A stretch of DNA of 64,000 nucleotides, taken from positions 672,001-736,000 of the forward strand of contig CAVSHB010000002.1 of NCBI GenBank assembly GCA_963727775.1, given 5' to 3'. This DNA is from an uncultured Nitrospiraceae bacterium (GTDB lineage Bacteria > Nitrospirota > Thermodesulfovibrionia > Thermodesulfovibrionales > SM23-35). Positions within the stretch are counted from its first letter, which is position 1; each line of letters opens with the position of its first letter. Below are positions 30,982-41,354 of this stretch, piece after piece. Both the position numbers and the translations under genes were made by a program. Below the pieces are notes generated by a model. That model did no database searches, was not told the origin of the DNA, and saw only the letters and a list, made by a program, of their open reading frames with translations.

Positions 30982-32632
30982 AACTGATCTCTAATCTTTC
31001 CGCCATGGCCTTGTCATCAATGCTCAGGCCGTCGGACATACCAATGGGCAGTTCGGTGCTCCTTCCCATTGGGGCAAATATTTTCTTTAATTCCACATTT
31101 GCAGCCTTAAAGACTTCTACTACGCGTTCGGCTACCTTATCGGAATCGAGCCTCCTGTATAATTTGGGGTCCTGTGTAGTTATGCCTCTCGGGCATTTCC
31201 CTGTATTGCAGAGGTTGCAGCGGTTGTATTCATCGCCGAAACAATTTGCCGCTGCCTGCATGATGTATTTGCCGATAGAGACCGCTGAAGCACCGAGCAT
31301 GATAAGGGCTGCCGCATTTGCAGCCAGATTCCCTTTTTTACCGACGCCGCCCGCTGCAATGAGAGGAAGTTCATTCTGTTTCCCCTGCCTGACAAGATCG
31401 AGATAGCATTCACGCAGGTTCGATGCTATCGGGTGTCCCATCTTATCCATGGATACATTATACGCGGCGCCTGTTCCGCCGTCTTCACCGTCGATAGACA
31501 GCGCCGCTGCATACGGATTTCGTGCAAGGTTGTTCAAGACCGCGCGGGCAGTCTTTGTCCCGGAGATCTTGGGATAAACAGGCACCCTGAAACCCCAGGC
31601 CATGGACATGGACTGTATCATCTTCGCGACCGCCTCTTCAATGGAATATTTTGTCTGGTGGGTCGGGGGTGATGCAAGGTCAACAAACTGCGGGACACCG
31701 CGAATATTTGCAATGAGTTTCAGCACCTTTTGCGCCATAAGCAGACCGCCGTCACCGGGTTTTGCGCCCTGACCGTACTTAATCTCTATTGCCGCCGGGT
31801 CTTCAACCATATGAGGTATCGAATGAATAATCTCGTCCCATCCGAAATATCCGGATGCGATCTGGATAATAAAATATTTCAGGTATTTGGACCTTAAAAG
31901 CCGTGGAGGGACTCCGCCTTCACCGCTGCACATGACAACCGGAAGGCCTTCCACTTCATTGAGGTATGATACTCCCATTGCAAGACCTTCCCACATGGTC
32001 GGTGACAATGCGCCTACAGACATGCTCCCGATCATTATCGGGAAAATCTCGCGGACCGGAGGGATGAATATGTCGCTTTTTTTATCTACGACGAGCTTGC
32101 CGTCAACCTGCTTCAACGGCAACTCATCGGAAGGCAGAATCCTGCCGAGGAGCGTCCTCACGCGGAATTCGTGCCGCCCGGCATCCAACGCCGGGTCAGT
32201 AAGCATGGAAATTCGTGTGAATTTGAGCCTGTCAATTGTTGAGATAGACGGGTCGTTTCTTCTGCCGCCGCGCTTGTATCCTTCTCCGCCTTTGTTTTTA
32301 TAATGCAGAAATTTGTTTTGAGGGTTGTATTCAGGCTCTATGGCTTCGTTAGGGCAGACAAGGGTACAAGACCCGCAACCCGTGCAATAGCGGTCCATAT
32401 CCGTTACCTGTGCGACTACATGAACGATCTTCCTCGTTGCTTCCGGTGTCGGGACAGGGCCTTCAGAAAAGACTGTCCGCTTAACATGTACCGTCGCTTC
32501 GATGGCCTTAACCGGGCATACAGCCGTACATCTTCCACATCGGGTGCACCTATGGTCTTTCCATCGTACTATGTAAGGAAACTCTTTTAACGAGAGCTGA
32601 TGATTTTTATCTAATTTTGCAGCTGGCTCCAT
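30971..32632 (-). CDS. Glutamate synthase FMN-binding subunit with N-terminal ferredoxin
   Basis: IEIKYGQGAKPGDGG, DGEDGGTGAA, CNLCNTGKCPRGITTQ. Confidence 0.92.
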   Translation of the reverse strand: MEPAAKLDKNHQLSLKEFPYIVRWKDHRCTRCGRCTAVCPVKAIEATVHVKRTVFSEGPVPTPEATRKIVHVVAQVTDMDRYCTGCGSCTLVCPNEAIEPEYNPQNKFLHYKNKGGEGYKRGGRRNDPSISTIDRLKFTRISMLTDPALDAGRHEFRVRTLLGRILPSDELPLKQVDGKLVVDKKSDIFIPPVREIFPIMIGSMSVGALSPTMWEGLAMGVSYLNEVEGLPVVMCSGEGGVPPRLLRSKYLKYFIIQIASGYFGWDEIIHSIPHMVEDPAAIEIKYGQGAKPGDGGLLMAQKVLKLIANIRGVPQFVDLASPPTHQTKYSIEEAVAKMIQSMSMAWGFRVPVYPKISGTKTARAVLNNLARNPYAAALSIDGEDGGTGAAYNVSMDKMGHPIASNLRECYLDLVRQGKQNELPLIAAGGVGKKGNLAANAAALIMLGASAVSIGKYIMQAAANCFGDEYNRCNLCNTGKCPRGITTQDPKLYRRLDSDKVAERVVEVFKAANVELKKIFAPMGRSTELPIGMSDGLSIDDKAMAERLEISYAC

Positions 32633-33720
32633 ACCTTAATCTCCTCTGCCTGAGGTTTGATAATTACCATGTCGTATTTCATCGGAAAGATATCTGTTGA
32701 CTTGTTCCTGACCGGAACAGCACTGTCAAGTCCGCATTCCTCAGACATCAACGCATACTTGCCTTTAACTCCGCCGACCACTCCGGGTCTCAGTTTTTTC
32801 GAATCATGTACCATAAAACAGGAGCCGTCAGGAACAAATCCGATAATCATATTCGGTCCATCGATACACAACGGCCTTAATGACTGTTTGATGAGCCTCA
32901 GGGCCTCTCCGTCGTCTCTTTTCACGATGTCCGATTCCTTAATAGGCGTTATAACATCTTTATAATAGGTCAGCGGGAACCCGAGTTGCCTGACCGTATA
33001 ATGGAGTATGTGAGTGAAGACTTCACTGTCGCTGTTGTATCCGATATAACCTGGAAATCCCCTCCCCATGAGAAATTCCCGAATGGGTACAAACGCGGTA
33101 TTCTCGCCGTTCGTCATAGAGCAGTATCCCTGGATGAAGAAGGGATGGCAGGCATAGAGGTATATGGCGTAATTAGTATTCTGCCTGCCCTGCGCAAAGA
33201 TGATTTTTGCTTTTATGATGTCCTTATCAAGGCCGAAGAATTCGCCCACCTGGAGCGGATCGCCGACCTCTTTTAAGGTAATGACATCAGGATAAAATGA
33301 GAAAACGAATATCGATCCGTCCGGTTCTCCGATATTTCTCAGGGCAACGCGGGTTTTCATGAGGAGGTCTTCTTTTTCCCTTATCGGCCTGTTTTTAAAG
33401 GAGGCGGGATAGTCGTAGACTTTCGCAAAGTAATGATCGCGCGGCGCCATCCCCTTTACGCTTTTTAGCTCCGGCGCCCAATTATATTTGAGCTTAAAGC
33501 CTGCTTTGCCCATGAATGCATTGAGTACCTTGGCCCCGCTTTTTGAGCATATGCCCGAAAGGACCGGATAGGCCTTCAGTTTCCTGAATTCACCGCCGAG
33601 GTCCTTGAGCGTCAGTCCGAGACCGGAACCGTCATGTCCTTCCTTCATTGTTTCGAGGGCAAGGATGTTTTCCATAGGAGAGAAATATTCGTTTGATGTT
33701 ATAGCGGCCAATCTGCACAT
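32611..33720 (-). CDS. Glutamate synthase glutamine amidotransferase subunit (class II GATase)
   Basis: N-terminal MC nucleophile; QGRQNTN, CHPF, NGEN, SDSE. Confidence 0.92.
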   Translation of the reverse strand: MCRLAAITSNEYFSPMENILALETMKEGHDGSGLGLTLKDLGGEFRKLKAYPVLSGICSKSGAKVLNAFMGKAGFKLKYNWAPELKSVKGMAPRDHYFAKVYDYPASFKNRPIREKEDLLMKTRVALRNIGEPDGSIFVFSFYPDVITLKEVGDPLQVGEFFGLDKDIIKAKIIFAQGRQNTNYAIYLYACHPFFIQGYCSMTNGENTAFVPIREFLMGRGFPGYIGYNSDSEVFTHILHYTVRQLGFPLTYYKDVITPIKESDIVKRDDGEALRLIKQSLRPLCIDGPNMIIGFVPDGSCFMVHDSKKLRPGVVGGVKGKYALMSEECGLDSAVPVRNKSTDIFPMKYDMVIIKPQAEEIKVWSQLQN

Positions 33721-33768
33721 TTATTTGCTCCAATTCTAAAATGGATATCTATACTCTCATTTACAGGC

Positions 33769-33814
33769 AAAAAAAGCGTCCGAACCATTTAAAACTGCCA
33801 TGATAACAGACGCT
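33769..33814 (-). terminator. Terminator-like hairpin in the 5' leader of the glutamate synthase operon
   Basis: AGCGTCTG...CGGACGC + T7, between TTGACA-N18-TATTAT (33875-33846) and the start codon. Confidence 0.6.
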
Positions 33815-33943
33815 GTTAAACGGTATCCATTTATTGTAATTCTTTATAATAAAAAGAATAAAAACCCTTTGTCAACTTTTACGCGGTTTCCCTTCCTGAA
33901 TGGAGTTCTGAAGTTTATGGTACAATAAAAAAATTTTTCGAAA

Positions 33944-35935
33944 ATGAACGCAGAAAATTATTTCACTATAGGGGTCATGTTTTTTCTTTCCGGTGCGATT
34001 GTCTCCTTGATAATTCCCCGGGAAGTGAAAAAATACGGTTATATCCTTTCAACCGGCGGCTCTCTGTGCCTTCTAATTTCAGGAGTATATATTTCTTCCG
34101 GAGTGAAGATATACCTGCCCCCCATTCACATGTCATCGCTTTTTGAGTTTGCATTTCAGGCAGATTCCCTTTCAGGATTTTTCGTGGCTGTAATATCAAT
34201 TTTGGCCTTAGCTGTATCAATCTATTCCGTCGGCTATACGGAAAACATCAAGAATAAGGGGTTGATGGGATTTCTTTATAACCTTTTTATCCTGAGCATG
34301 TATGCGGTTATCCTGTCGGGCAATGTTATCACATTCCTTATTTCCTGGGAGACCATGTCTGTTGTTTCTTATTTCCTTGTAACATTCGACAGGGAAGAAA
34401 AATCAACAAAGGCCGGATTGGTATACGCCGTCATGACGCATATCGGGACAGCTTTTATAATAGCCCTCTTTTTTATCCTTTACAAATATACTGGGCAAAT
34501 GGACTTCCCGGGAATGAAAGCCTCGATGACAAAGCTTCCAACTGATATTAAATCACTCATTTTTATTTTTTCGGTGATAGGATTCGGCACAAAGGCCGGT
34601 ATTATACCTTTGCATACATGGCTTCCAAGGGCGCACCCTGCCGCGCCATCGAATATATCGGCACTGATGTCGGGGGTAATGATAAAGACAGGGATCTACG
34701 GGTTTATCAGGATAAGTATGGACATAATGGGGCAGTGTCCGGATTGGTGGGGGATAACGATAATTGTGATAGGCGCCGTCTCCTCTATCCTCGGCGTGTT
34801 ATACGCCCTTATGGAGCATGACATCAAAAGGCTCCTTGCCTATCACAGTGTTGAAAATATCGGAATTATACTCCTCGGCCTCGGGGCCTCTATGATGTTC
34901 AGGAGCAACGGCCTTTATACCCTTTCTGCCATAGCATTGATCGCAGGGCTTTACCATACGGTTAATCATGCGCTTTTTAAAGGCCTTCTCTTCCTCGGAG
35001 CGGGGTCTGTGATGCATGCCACGCATACTAACAATATGGAAGACATGGGCGGACTGATCAAGTCGATGCCTTTTACGGCGTTGACCTTTCTTATAGGCGC
35101 GGTATCGATATGCGCGCTGCCTCCGTTCAACGGTTTTGTGAGCGAATGGCTTACATATCAGGCGCTGATACTCGGGTTCCAATCATCTTCCATCACTGCC
35201 AAGATTATCTCACCCTTGGGGGGCGCCGCCCTCGCATTGACGGGCGCCCTCGCAGCGGCATGTTTTGTAAAGGCCTTCGGCATATCCTTCCTCGGAGCGC
35301 CGCGAAGCTTTCATGCGGAAGGTGCGAAGGAATCGTCATCCTCCATGATAATCGGCATGTCCATCCTTGCCCTCCTGTGTCTTGTGCTTGGGGTTGTCCC
35401 CGGCGCTGTGATAAACATGTTTTCGACTACGGCGTTCCTTCTTACAGGATCATACGGTATATCACCGGGCAACTGGTTCATTCATATCAATGAGACGATT
35501 GCTTCCCTTTCCCCTGCATCTATACTCATCACTGTAATCGTGATGTCCGTCGCCTCGGTAATTTTTATCATGCGCGTCGGAGGCAGAAAAAAGACGACAT
35601 ACGGTGATTCTTGGGACTGCGGAATGCCCGCGCTGACTCCGAGGATGCAGTATACCGCAACGGCGTTCACTAAGCCCATAAGGTTGATATTCAAAAAGAT
35701 ATATCTGCCGAGGAGGGAACTGAAGGTCTCTTATACGGTAAAGCCCCTTTTTGTAGAAGCCGTTAAATACAGCGGCGAGATAACCCCGTTTTTTGAAAAA
35801 TACCTTTATGATCCCGGTACGGTCTTTATCCACAAGTTAGCCGGAAAGGTGAGAGTGCTGCAATCGGGAAGCCTCCAGCTCTATCTCGGATATATTTTGA
35901 TAACCTTAATCCTGCTTCTTATTCTCGGAGAATAG
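33944..35935 (+). CDS. hyfB: HyfB-like antiporter subunit (Ehr complex)
   Basis: PLHTWLPRAHPAAPSNISALMSG, KRLLAYHSVENIG. Confidence 0.9.
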   Translation: MNAENYFTIGVMFFLSGAIVSLIIPREVKKYGYILSTGGSLCLLISGVYISSGVKIYLPPIHMSSLFEFAFQADSLSGFFVAVISILALAVSIYSVGYTENIKNKGLMGFLYNLFILSMYAVILSGNVITFLISWETMSVVSYFLVTFDREEKSTKAGLVYAVMTHIGTAFIIALFFILYKYTGQMDFPGMKASMTKLPTDIKSLIFIFSVIGFGTKAGIIPLHTWLPRAHPAAPSNISALMSGVMIKTGIYGFIRISMDIMGQCPDWWGITIIVIGAVSSILGVLYALMEHDIKRLLAYHSVENIGIILLGLGASMMFRSNGLYTLSAIALIAGLYHTVNHALFKGLLFLGAGSVMHATHTNNMEDMGGLIKSMPFTALTFLIGAVSICALPPFNGFVSEWLTYQALILGFQSSSITAKIISPLGGAALALTGALAAACFVKAFGISFLGAPRSFHAEGAKESSSSMIIGMSILALLCLVLGVVPGAVINMFSTTAFLLTGSYGISPGNWFIHINETIASLSPASILITVIVMSVASVIFIMRVGGRKKTTYGDSWDCGMPALTPRMQYTATAFTKPIRLIFKKIYLPRRELKVSYTVKPLFVEAVKYSGEITPFFEKYLYDPGTVFIHKLAGKVRVLQSGSLQLYLGYILITLILLLILGE

Positions 35936-35936
35936 C

Positions 35937-36854
35937 ATGGAATATCTACAATTCATAATAATCATTATCTTTTCTCCGCTCATCCAGGGGACTATCAAGA
36001 AGCTTAAAGCAAACATGCAGGGCAGGGTGGGACCTGGAATATTCCAGCCTTACTATGACCTGATAAGGCTTTGCCGGAAAGACATGGTCATCTCCCGCGT
36101 ATCGTCATGGATATTCAAGGCGACACCTTACATAGTCTTTTCGTCAACTGCAGCTGCTGCCATGATTGTTCCTGTTATAACGACAAGCTACCGCTTCGGC
36201 ATGATGGGGGACGTCATAGCGTTGATTTATATCTTTGCGCTCGGGAGGTTCTTCATGGCATTGGCAGGACTCGACGCCGGGACTGCCTTCGGCGGCGAGG
36301 GCAGCAGCAGGGAAATGACCGTCGCGGTATTGGTCGAGCCGATGATGATGCTCAGCGTATTTACCGCTGCGATATCGGCAGGCTCAACGAATGTGGCGAG
36401 GATCGCTGAGGCGCAGAACGCTTTATATTCGCCGTCTCATATCCTTGCGCTGTCCGCGTTCATGGTGGCGATTGTCGCCGAGACGGGGAGAATCCCTATT
36501 GACAACCCCGACACTCACCTTGAACTGACGATGATCCATGAGGGGATGGTCCTCGAATATTCCGGCAGATACCTTGCGCTCATGGAATGGTCCCATTATA
36601 TGAAGCAGATGCTCTTGTTTACTATCGCCGTCGATATATTCTTTCCCATGGGCATTTCGGGCAATATCCAAATCTCCAGTCTTGCCATATCGTCGGTGGC
36701 GTATATGCTTAAAATGTTTTTTATGGCGGTTTTAATGGCAACAATAGAATCCACAAGGGCCAAGATGAGATTCTTTCAGCTCCCCGCGCTGCTCGGAGGG
36801 GCCTTTGTCCTTGCCATGCTCTCACTCTTAACGTACATCATGATGGGGAAATAG
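35937..36854 (+). CDS. hyfC: HyfC/NuoH-like membrane subunit
   Basis: QGRVGP, RIPIDNPDTHLELTMIHE. Confidence 0.9.
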   Translation: MEYLQFIIIIIFSPLIQGTIKKLKANMQGRVGPGIFQPYYDLIRLCRKDMVISRVSSWIFKATPYIVFSSTAAAAMIVPVITTSYRFGMMGDVIALIYIFALGRFFMALAGLDAGTAFGGEGSSREMTVAVLVEPMMMLSVFTAAISAGSTNVARIAEAQNALYSPSHILALSAFMVAIVAETGRIPIDNPDTHLELTMIHEGMVLEYSGRYLALMEWSHYMKQMLLFTIAVDIFFPMGISGNIQISSLAISSVAYMLKMFFMAVLMATIESTRAKMRFFQLPALLGGAFVLAMLSLLTYIMMGK

Positions 36855-36855
36855 A

Positions 36856-37515
36856 ATGAAAAACTGGATCCAGGTTTTTTCGATAATCGATTTCATCTCT
36901 GTCGGTATACTCCTGACGGCTATCGCAATGAACGCCCTCAAACGGCTTGAATCGTCCGTGAGGGCCTATACACTCAACTCATGGTTTCTTTCGTCCTTAA
37001 TCGCTATCGTGGCATTTATGGTTGGTGAGATGCACCTTTATATCGCATCTGCTACCACTTTATTAAGTAAAGGGATTATCATCCCGTGGTTTTTGAGGAA
37101 GATAGTCCGCCGGACAAAAGCCACGCATGACGCCGATCCGTATATCAGCAATACACTTTCGCTCACCATATCAGGGATCCTCGTAGCGGTTGTTTATACA
37201 TCTTTGAGGGAAGGGATTTTTGTTACCGGTTTTTCGAGAAACGTGCTTCAGATCTCGATAGCCGTGATACTGATCGGACTCTTCAGCATGATTGCCGGAA
37301 GAAAGGCGATAACACAGGTAATAGGGCTGCTGTTCATGGAGAACGGGCTTTTCCTGGCGGGCTTTTCCCTGACATTCGGCATGCCGGTTATTATTGAACT
37401 CGGGATTCTGTTCGACATGCTGATGGGCGTTATTATACTCGGCATTTTTGCCGTTCAGATTAAGCGCGTCTTCATATCGTCGGACCTCGATAAACTTACG
37501 ACACTGAAGGGATAG
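36856..37515 (+). CDS. hyfE: HyfE-like membrane subunit
   Basis: GLLFMENG, ELGILFD, LTTLKG. Confidence 0.88.
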   Translation: MKNWIQVFSIIDFISVGILLTAIAMNALKRLESSVRAYTLNSWFLSSLIAIVAFMVGEMHLYIASATTLLSKGIIIPWFLRKIVRRTKATHDADPYISNTLSLTISGILVAVVYTSLREGIFVTGFSRNVLQISIAVILIGLFSMIAGRKAITQVIGLLFMENGLFLAGFSLTFGMPVIIELGILFDMLMGVIILGIFAVQIKRVFISSDLDKLTTLKG

Positions 37516-37520
37516 GATTA

Positions 37521-39038
37521 ATGATTGAAATACTATTGATACCAATTGTCACGTCCGCGATATGCTATGCATTGAAGAACTACAGGGTGATCGGCTATAT
37601 GAGTCTCGCCGGCGCTCTTGTCCTCGTGGTGTTTTCTGTGCCGGTGGTCCTTGCCTCCGTATCCCATTCCGTACGGATGCTGGGAGGTGTTCTTTATATG
37701 GACGCCCTTTCAGGATATATGATGGCTTTGGTAGTCTTCCTCTGCCTGATCTCCGCAATCTATTCCATAGGATATCTGGAGCATGAGCTGAAGGTCGGCC
37801 TTACTGATACAGCCGGGATAAGGAGATATTATGCGCTGCTTCACCTGTTTATTTTCACCATGCTCCTTGTGACCGTCTCGAACAACCTTGCCTTAATGTG
37901 GATCGCGGTAGAGGCCACGACGATAGTTTCTGCCGTGCTTATCGGTTTCGGTTTCAGGAAAAGGGCTTTGGCGATTGAAGCGGCATGGAAATATATAATC
38001 CTCTGCACCGTGGGGATCACCTTTGCTTTACTCGGTACTTTCATAACATACTACGCATCCACTGCGGTCATAGGGACGGAAGGTGTATTGAACTGGACTG
38101 AACTCAAAGATATCGCCGGCCGGCTTAACCCTTCGACGATGAAGCTCGCCTTTATCTTCGTGCTTGTCGGGTACGGCACAAAAGCGGGTTTGGCGCCCGT
38201 GCACAACTGGCTCCCCGATGCCCACAGCCAGGCGCCCAGTCCCATAAGCGCATTGCTTTCAGGCATACTTCTCAATACCGCATTCTATGGAATCATGAGG
38301 TTTGTGTCTCTGGTAGAGCCTTCAACAGGAGGTGCATTCACCGGCAATCTGCTGATTATCTTCGGGTTGTTGTCCGTGGGCCTATCTTCTATATTTATAC
38401 TTGTTCAGGACAATTACAAAAGGCTCCTTGCCTACAGCAGTATCGAGCATATGGGTATTATTTCACTCGGGATGGGTATCGGCGGTTTCGCGGGTATTTA
38501 CGGCGCACTGTTGCACATATTGAATCACGCGCTTTCGAAGCCGCTTATGTTCTTTGCTTCCGGGAAGATCCAGGCGCGTTTCGGTTCTACGAGGATAGAG
38601 AACGTGAGCGGGGTCTTGTCCACAATGCCGTTGCTAGGTACGCTCACATTCATAGGCGCATTCTCCCTCGCCGGGTCCCCGCCTTTTAATATCTTCATCA
38701 GTGAATTTACCATCCTGAAAGCAGGAGTGGACAAAGGGTTATGGCTTCCGGTCACGCTGTTCCTTGTCTTTGCGGTTATCGTTTTTTACGGGATAATCTT
38801 CGGGTTTGGGAAGATGCTTTTCGGAAAACCGACGGAGGAGAAAAACGGGGGGGCCGGACAACAGCTCGGGATGATAATGTCGAATCATCAGGAACCTCCC
38901 AGCTACGGCTTCCCGGGTTTCATGACCGACATAGTAATGGTTCTGATGGCGCTGACCATTGTTTTTCTCGGTATCAATATCCCCGGTTTTATTGATAATA
39001 CGATCAGTATGTGCGTTCACGTCTTAGGAGTCAAGTGA
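37521..39038 (+). CDS. hyfF: HyfF-like antiporter subunit
   Basis: EAAWKY, WLPDAHSQAPSPIS. Confidence 0.9.
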   Translation: MIEILLIPIVTSAICYALKNYRVIGYMSLAGALVLVVFSVPVVLASVSHSVRMLGGVLYMDALSGYMMALVVFLCLISAIYSIGYLEHELKVGLTDTAGIRRYYALLHLFIFTMLLVTVSNNLALMWIAVEATTIVSAVLIGFGFRKRALAIEAAWKYIILCTVGITFALLGTFITYYASTAVIGTEGVLNWTELKDIAGRLNPSTMKLAFIFVLVGYGTKAGLAPVHNWLPDAHSQAPSPISALLSGILLNTAFYGIMRFVSLVEPSTGGAFTGNLLIIFGLLSVGLSSIFILVQDNYKRLLAYSSIEHMGIISLGMGIGGFAGIYGALLHILNHALSKPLMFFASGKIQARFGSTRIENVSGVLSTMPLLGTLTFIGAFSLAGSPPFNIFISEFTILKAGVDKGLWLPVTLFLVFAVIVFYGIIFGFGKMLFGKPTEEKNGGAGQQLGMIMSNHQEPPSYGFPGFMTDIVMVLMALTIVFLGINIPGFIDNTISMCVHVLGVK

Positions 39039-40606
39039 TGGAAAATATACTTAAGAAAGCCGCAGCAACGAGAGAATACCTGAATGAGCAGTATATAGAG
39101 GTAACGGAAAAGGACTTTAGAAATATTTGTATGTATCTTTATTTGGAAAAGGGGGCCTTACTGCGGCTCATGTTTGCAGCGGATGAAAGGGAAATCGACG
39201 GGACGTTCAGGATTTACACGGTGTTTTCCATCCCCGGCATAGACAGATTCTTTATAGTCGTCTTGCCTGTGAAGAATGAATGTCCTGCTTTTCCATCTAT
39301 TACCCATGACATTCCGGCTGCACACTGGTATGAGAGGGAGATCAATGACATGTTTGGATTGAAACCGGATGGGCATCCCGACCTGCGCAGGCTGATATTC
39401 CATGATTCCTTCCCCTCCGATTCACATCCCCTTAGAAAAGACTGGATCATTACCGGGAACGAATTGAAAGAATGGGGAGAAGGAATTGTTCAAAAAGAAC
39501 CCTACCGTTTTATGGAGGTTGAAGGTGAGGGCGTCTATGAAATTCCTGTCGGTCCCGTACATGCGGGGATAATCGAACCCGGACATTTCAGGTTCAGCGC
39601 TTTGGGCGAGACGATATTGTTCCTTGAGCCCAGATTATTTTATACACATAAAGGTACCGAAAAACACTTTGAGCATGTCGGTTTTATTAATGGTGTTGGG
39701 CTTGCCGAGAGGGTTTCCGGAACATCTTCTTTCTCTCATTCGTCTGCGTATTGCATGGCCGTGGAGAGGATGTCAGGGATTGAGATAACTGAAAACGCAA
39801 AAGCTATAAGGACTTTATTACTGGAACTTGAAAGATTATATAACCACATAGGGGACATAGGGAATATGTGCGCCGGCACAGGCCTTGCCGTGGGATATGC
39901 CAAAGGGGCCGTAATCAAGGAGAGGCTTATGCAGCTGAATGGAAGGCTTACCGGCAGCAGATATTTGAGAGGGGTGAACATTATAGGCGGTGTTCTTAAG
40001 GATGTATTCCTCTACAGAGACGATATCCTGTCAACGATCGACACAGTTACAAAAGAATACAAGGAGTTTATGGGCCTGCTGCTCGGTACGGTGTCACACA
40101 TTGAGAGGCTTGAGGGCACCGGTAAGTTATCAAAGGAGATCGCGGGCAGGCTGGGCGCGACAGGGATAGCTGCAAGGGCGTCGGGCATAAACGATGATAT
40201 CAGGAAGGCGCATCCACACCTGCTTTATGACGGACTTGACTTTGAAACACACACAATGTCCAAGGGCAATGTGCTCGCCCGCATGATGATCAGGGCCGAG
40301 GAGTCCGAGTGCTCGATATCCATTATAAAAACCCTCCTTGAAAAAGGTTATAAGGGAGGATTGAATATAGGGATGAAAGACATCCCGGCATTTTCTTCTG
40401 CCTTGGGCTATACCGAGACGCCGAGAGGGTCGGTATTTTACTGGGTCAAGTCGGATAAGAAAGGCAAGCCCGCAAGAGTAAAGTTGAGGTCCCCGTCCTA
40501 TTGTAATTGGCCTTTAGTGCCCTTTGCAGTCTACGGCAATATCGTGCCTGATTTCCCTTTATGCAATAAGAGCTTTAACCTCTCTTATTCAGGATGTGAC
40601 ATGTGA
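39038..40606 (+). CDS. HyfG/NuoCD-like large subunit without NiFe-binding CxxC motifs (EhrL)
   Basis: VGPVHAGIIEPGHFRF; ERVSGTSSFSH and KSFNLSYSGCDM replace RxCGxC and DPCxxC. Confidence 0.9.
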   Translation: MENILKKAAATREYLNEQYIEVTEKDFRNICMYLYLEKGALLRLMFAADEREIDGTFRIYTVFSIPGIDRFFIVVLPVKNECPAFPSITHDIPAAHWYEREINDMFGLKPDGHPDLRRLIFHDSFPSDSHPLRKDWIITGNELKEWGEGIVQKEPYRFMEVEGEGVYEIPVGPVHAGIIEPGHFRFSALGETILFLEPRLFYTHKGTEKHFEHVGFINGVGLAERVSGTSSFSHSSAYCMAVERMSGIEITENAKAIRTLLLELERLYNHIGDIGNMCAGTGLAVGYAKGAVIKERLMQLNGRLTGSRYLRGVNIIGGVLKDVFLYRDDILSTIDTVTKEYKEFMGLLLGTVSHIERLEGTGKLSKEIAGRLGATGIAARASGINDDIRKAHPHLLYDGLDFETHTMSKGNVLARMMIRAEESECSISIIKTLLEKGYKGGLNIGMKDIPAFSSALGYTETPRGSVFYWVKSDKKGKPARVKLRSPSYCNWPLVPFAVYGNIVPDFPLCNKSFNLSYSGCDM

Positions 40607-41136
40607 TTAGAGAGATCCTTAAAAATATAACCGGGAAGAAGAAGGCAATCCCCTTCCCTGAAGGGTTCAATGTCTCCCCTGAGGAAGCCGCTGAAATCAT
40701 CTCGCTTCAGGAAGGGATCGACAGGGTCTTCAGCAGGTCATTCAGGATCAGGCAGGTGGACGCGGGCTCATGCAATGCCTGTGAGTGGGAATGCACCGCT
40801 CTCACCAATCCTGTTTATGACATCCAGAGATTCGGTATCGATTTTGTGGCCTCGCCGAGGCATGCCGACGCGCTCCTCATTACCGGCCCTATTTCGAGGC
40901 AGATGGAACTCGCGCTCAAAAAAACCTATATCGCAACGCCCGAGCCGAAGCTTGTTATCGCCTGCGGAGACTGCACGGTTGATGGCGGGGTCTATAAAGA
41001 CAGCTATGCCGTAACAAACGGCGTTGCCGACGTGGTCCCCGTTGATTGTTATATCCCCGGATGCCCGCCGACCCCGGTCCAGATAATCTTCGGGCTTCAC
41101 CGGCTTATAGAGAAGATGGTCCGGACGAAGAAGTAA
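40603..41136 (+). CDS. HyfI/NuoB-like Fe-S small subunit (EhrS)
   Basis: GSCNACE, SPRHAD, ACGDC, PGCPP. Confidence 0.9.
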   Translation: MIREILKNITGKKKAIPFPEGFNVSPEEAAEIISLQEGIDRVFSRSFRIRQVDAGSCNACEWECTALTNPVYDIQRFGIDFVASPRHADALLITGPISRQMELALKKTYIATPEPKLVIACGDCTVDGGVYKDSYAVTNGVADVVPVDCYIPGCPPTPVQIIFGLHRLIEKMVRTKK

Positions 41137-41354
41137 CTTTGCCGGTAAATGCCCAAAGCATGGGCTGATCAGAGAACCGTCATTTTGGCCGTCGAACTTG
41201 CGTAAGAGCTCTGCTTATAAACGGAATCACTCAGGGCACGGTACTTCATCTACTACGCCCGTAGGAAGTTTTTATTACATGTAAATTACAACTTGCAAAA
41301 ACGCAACCTCAGGGCCAGATCAAGAGTGTGATTACGAGTTGAAATTGAAATATC

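Noticed and set aside
39038..40606. Functional [NiFe] hydrogenase or formate hydrogenlyase
   Set aside because: Both Ni-binding CxxC motifs are absent.
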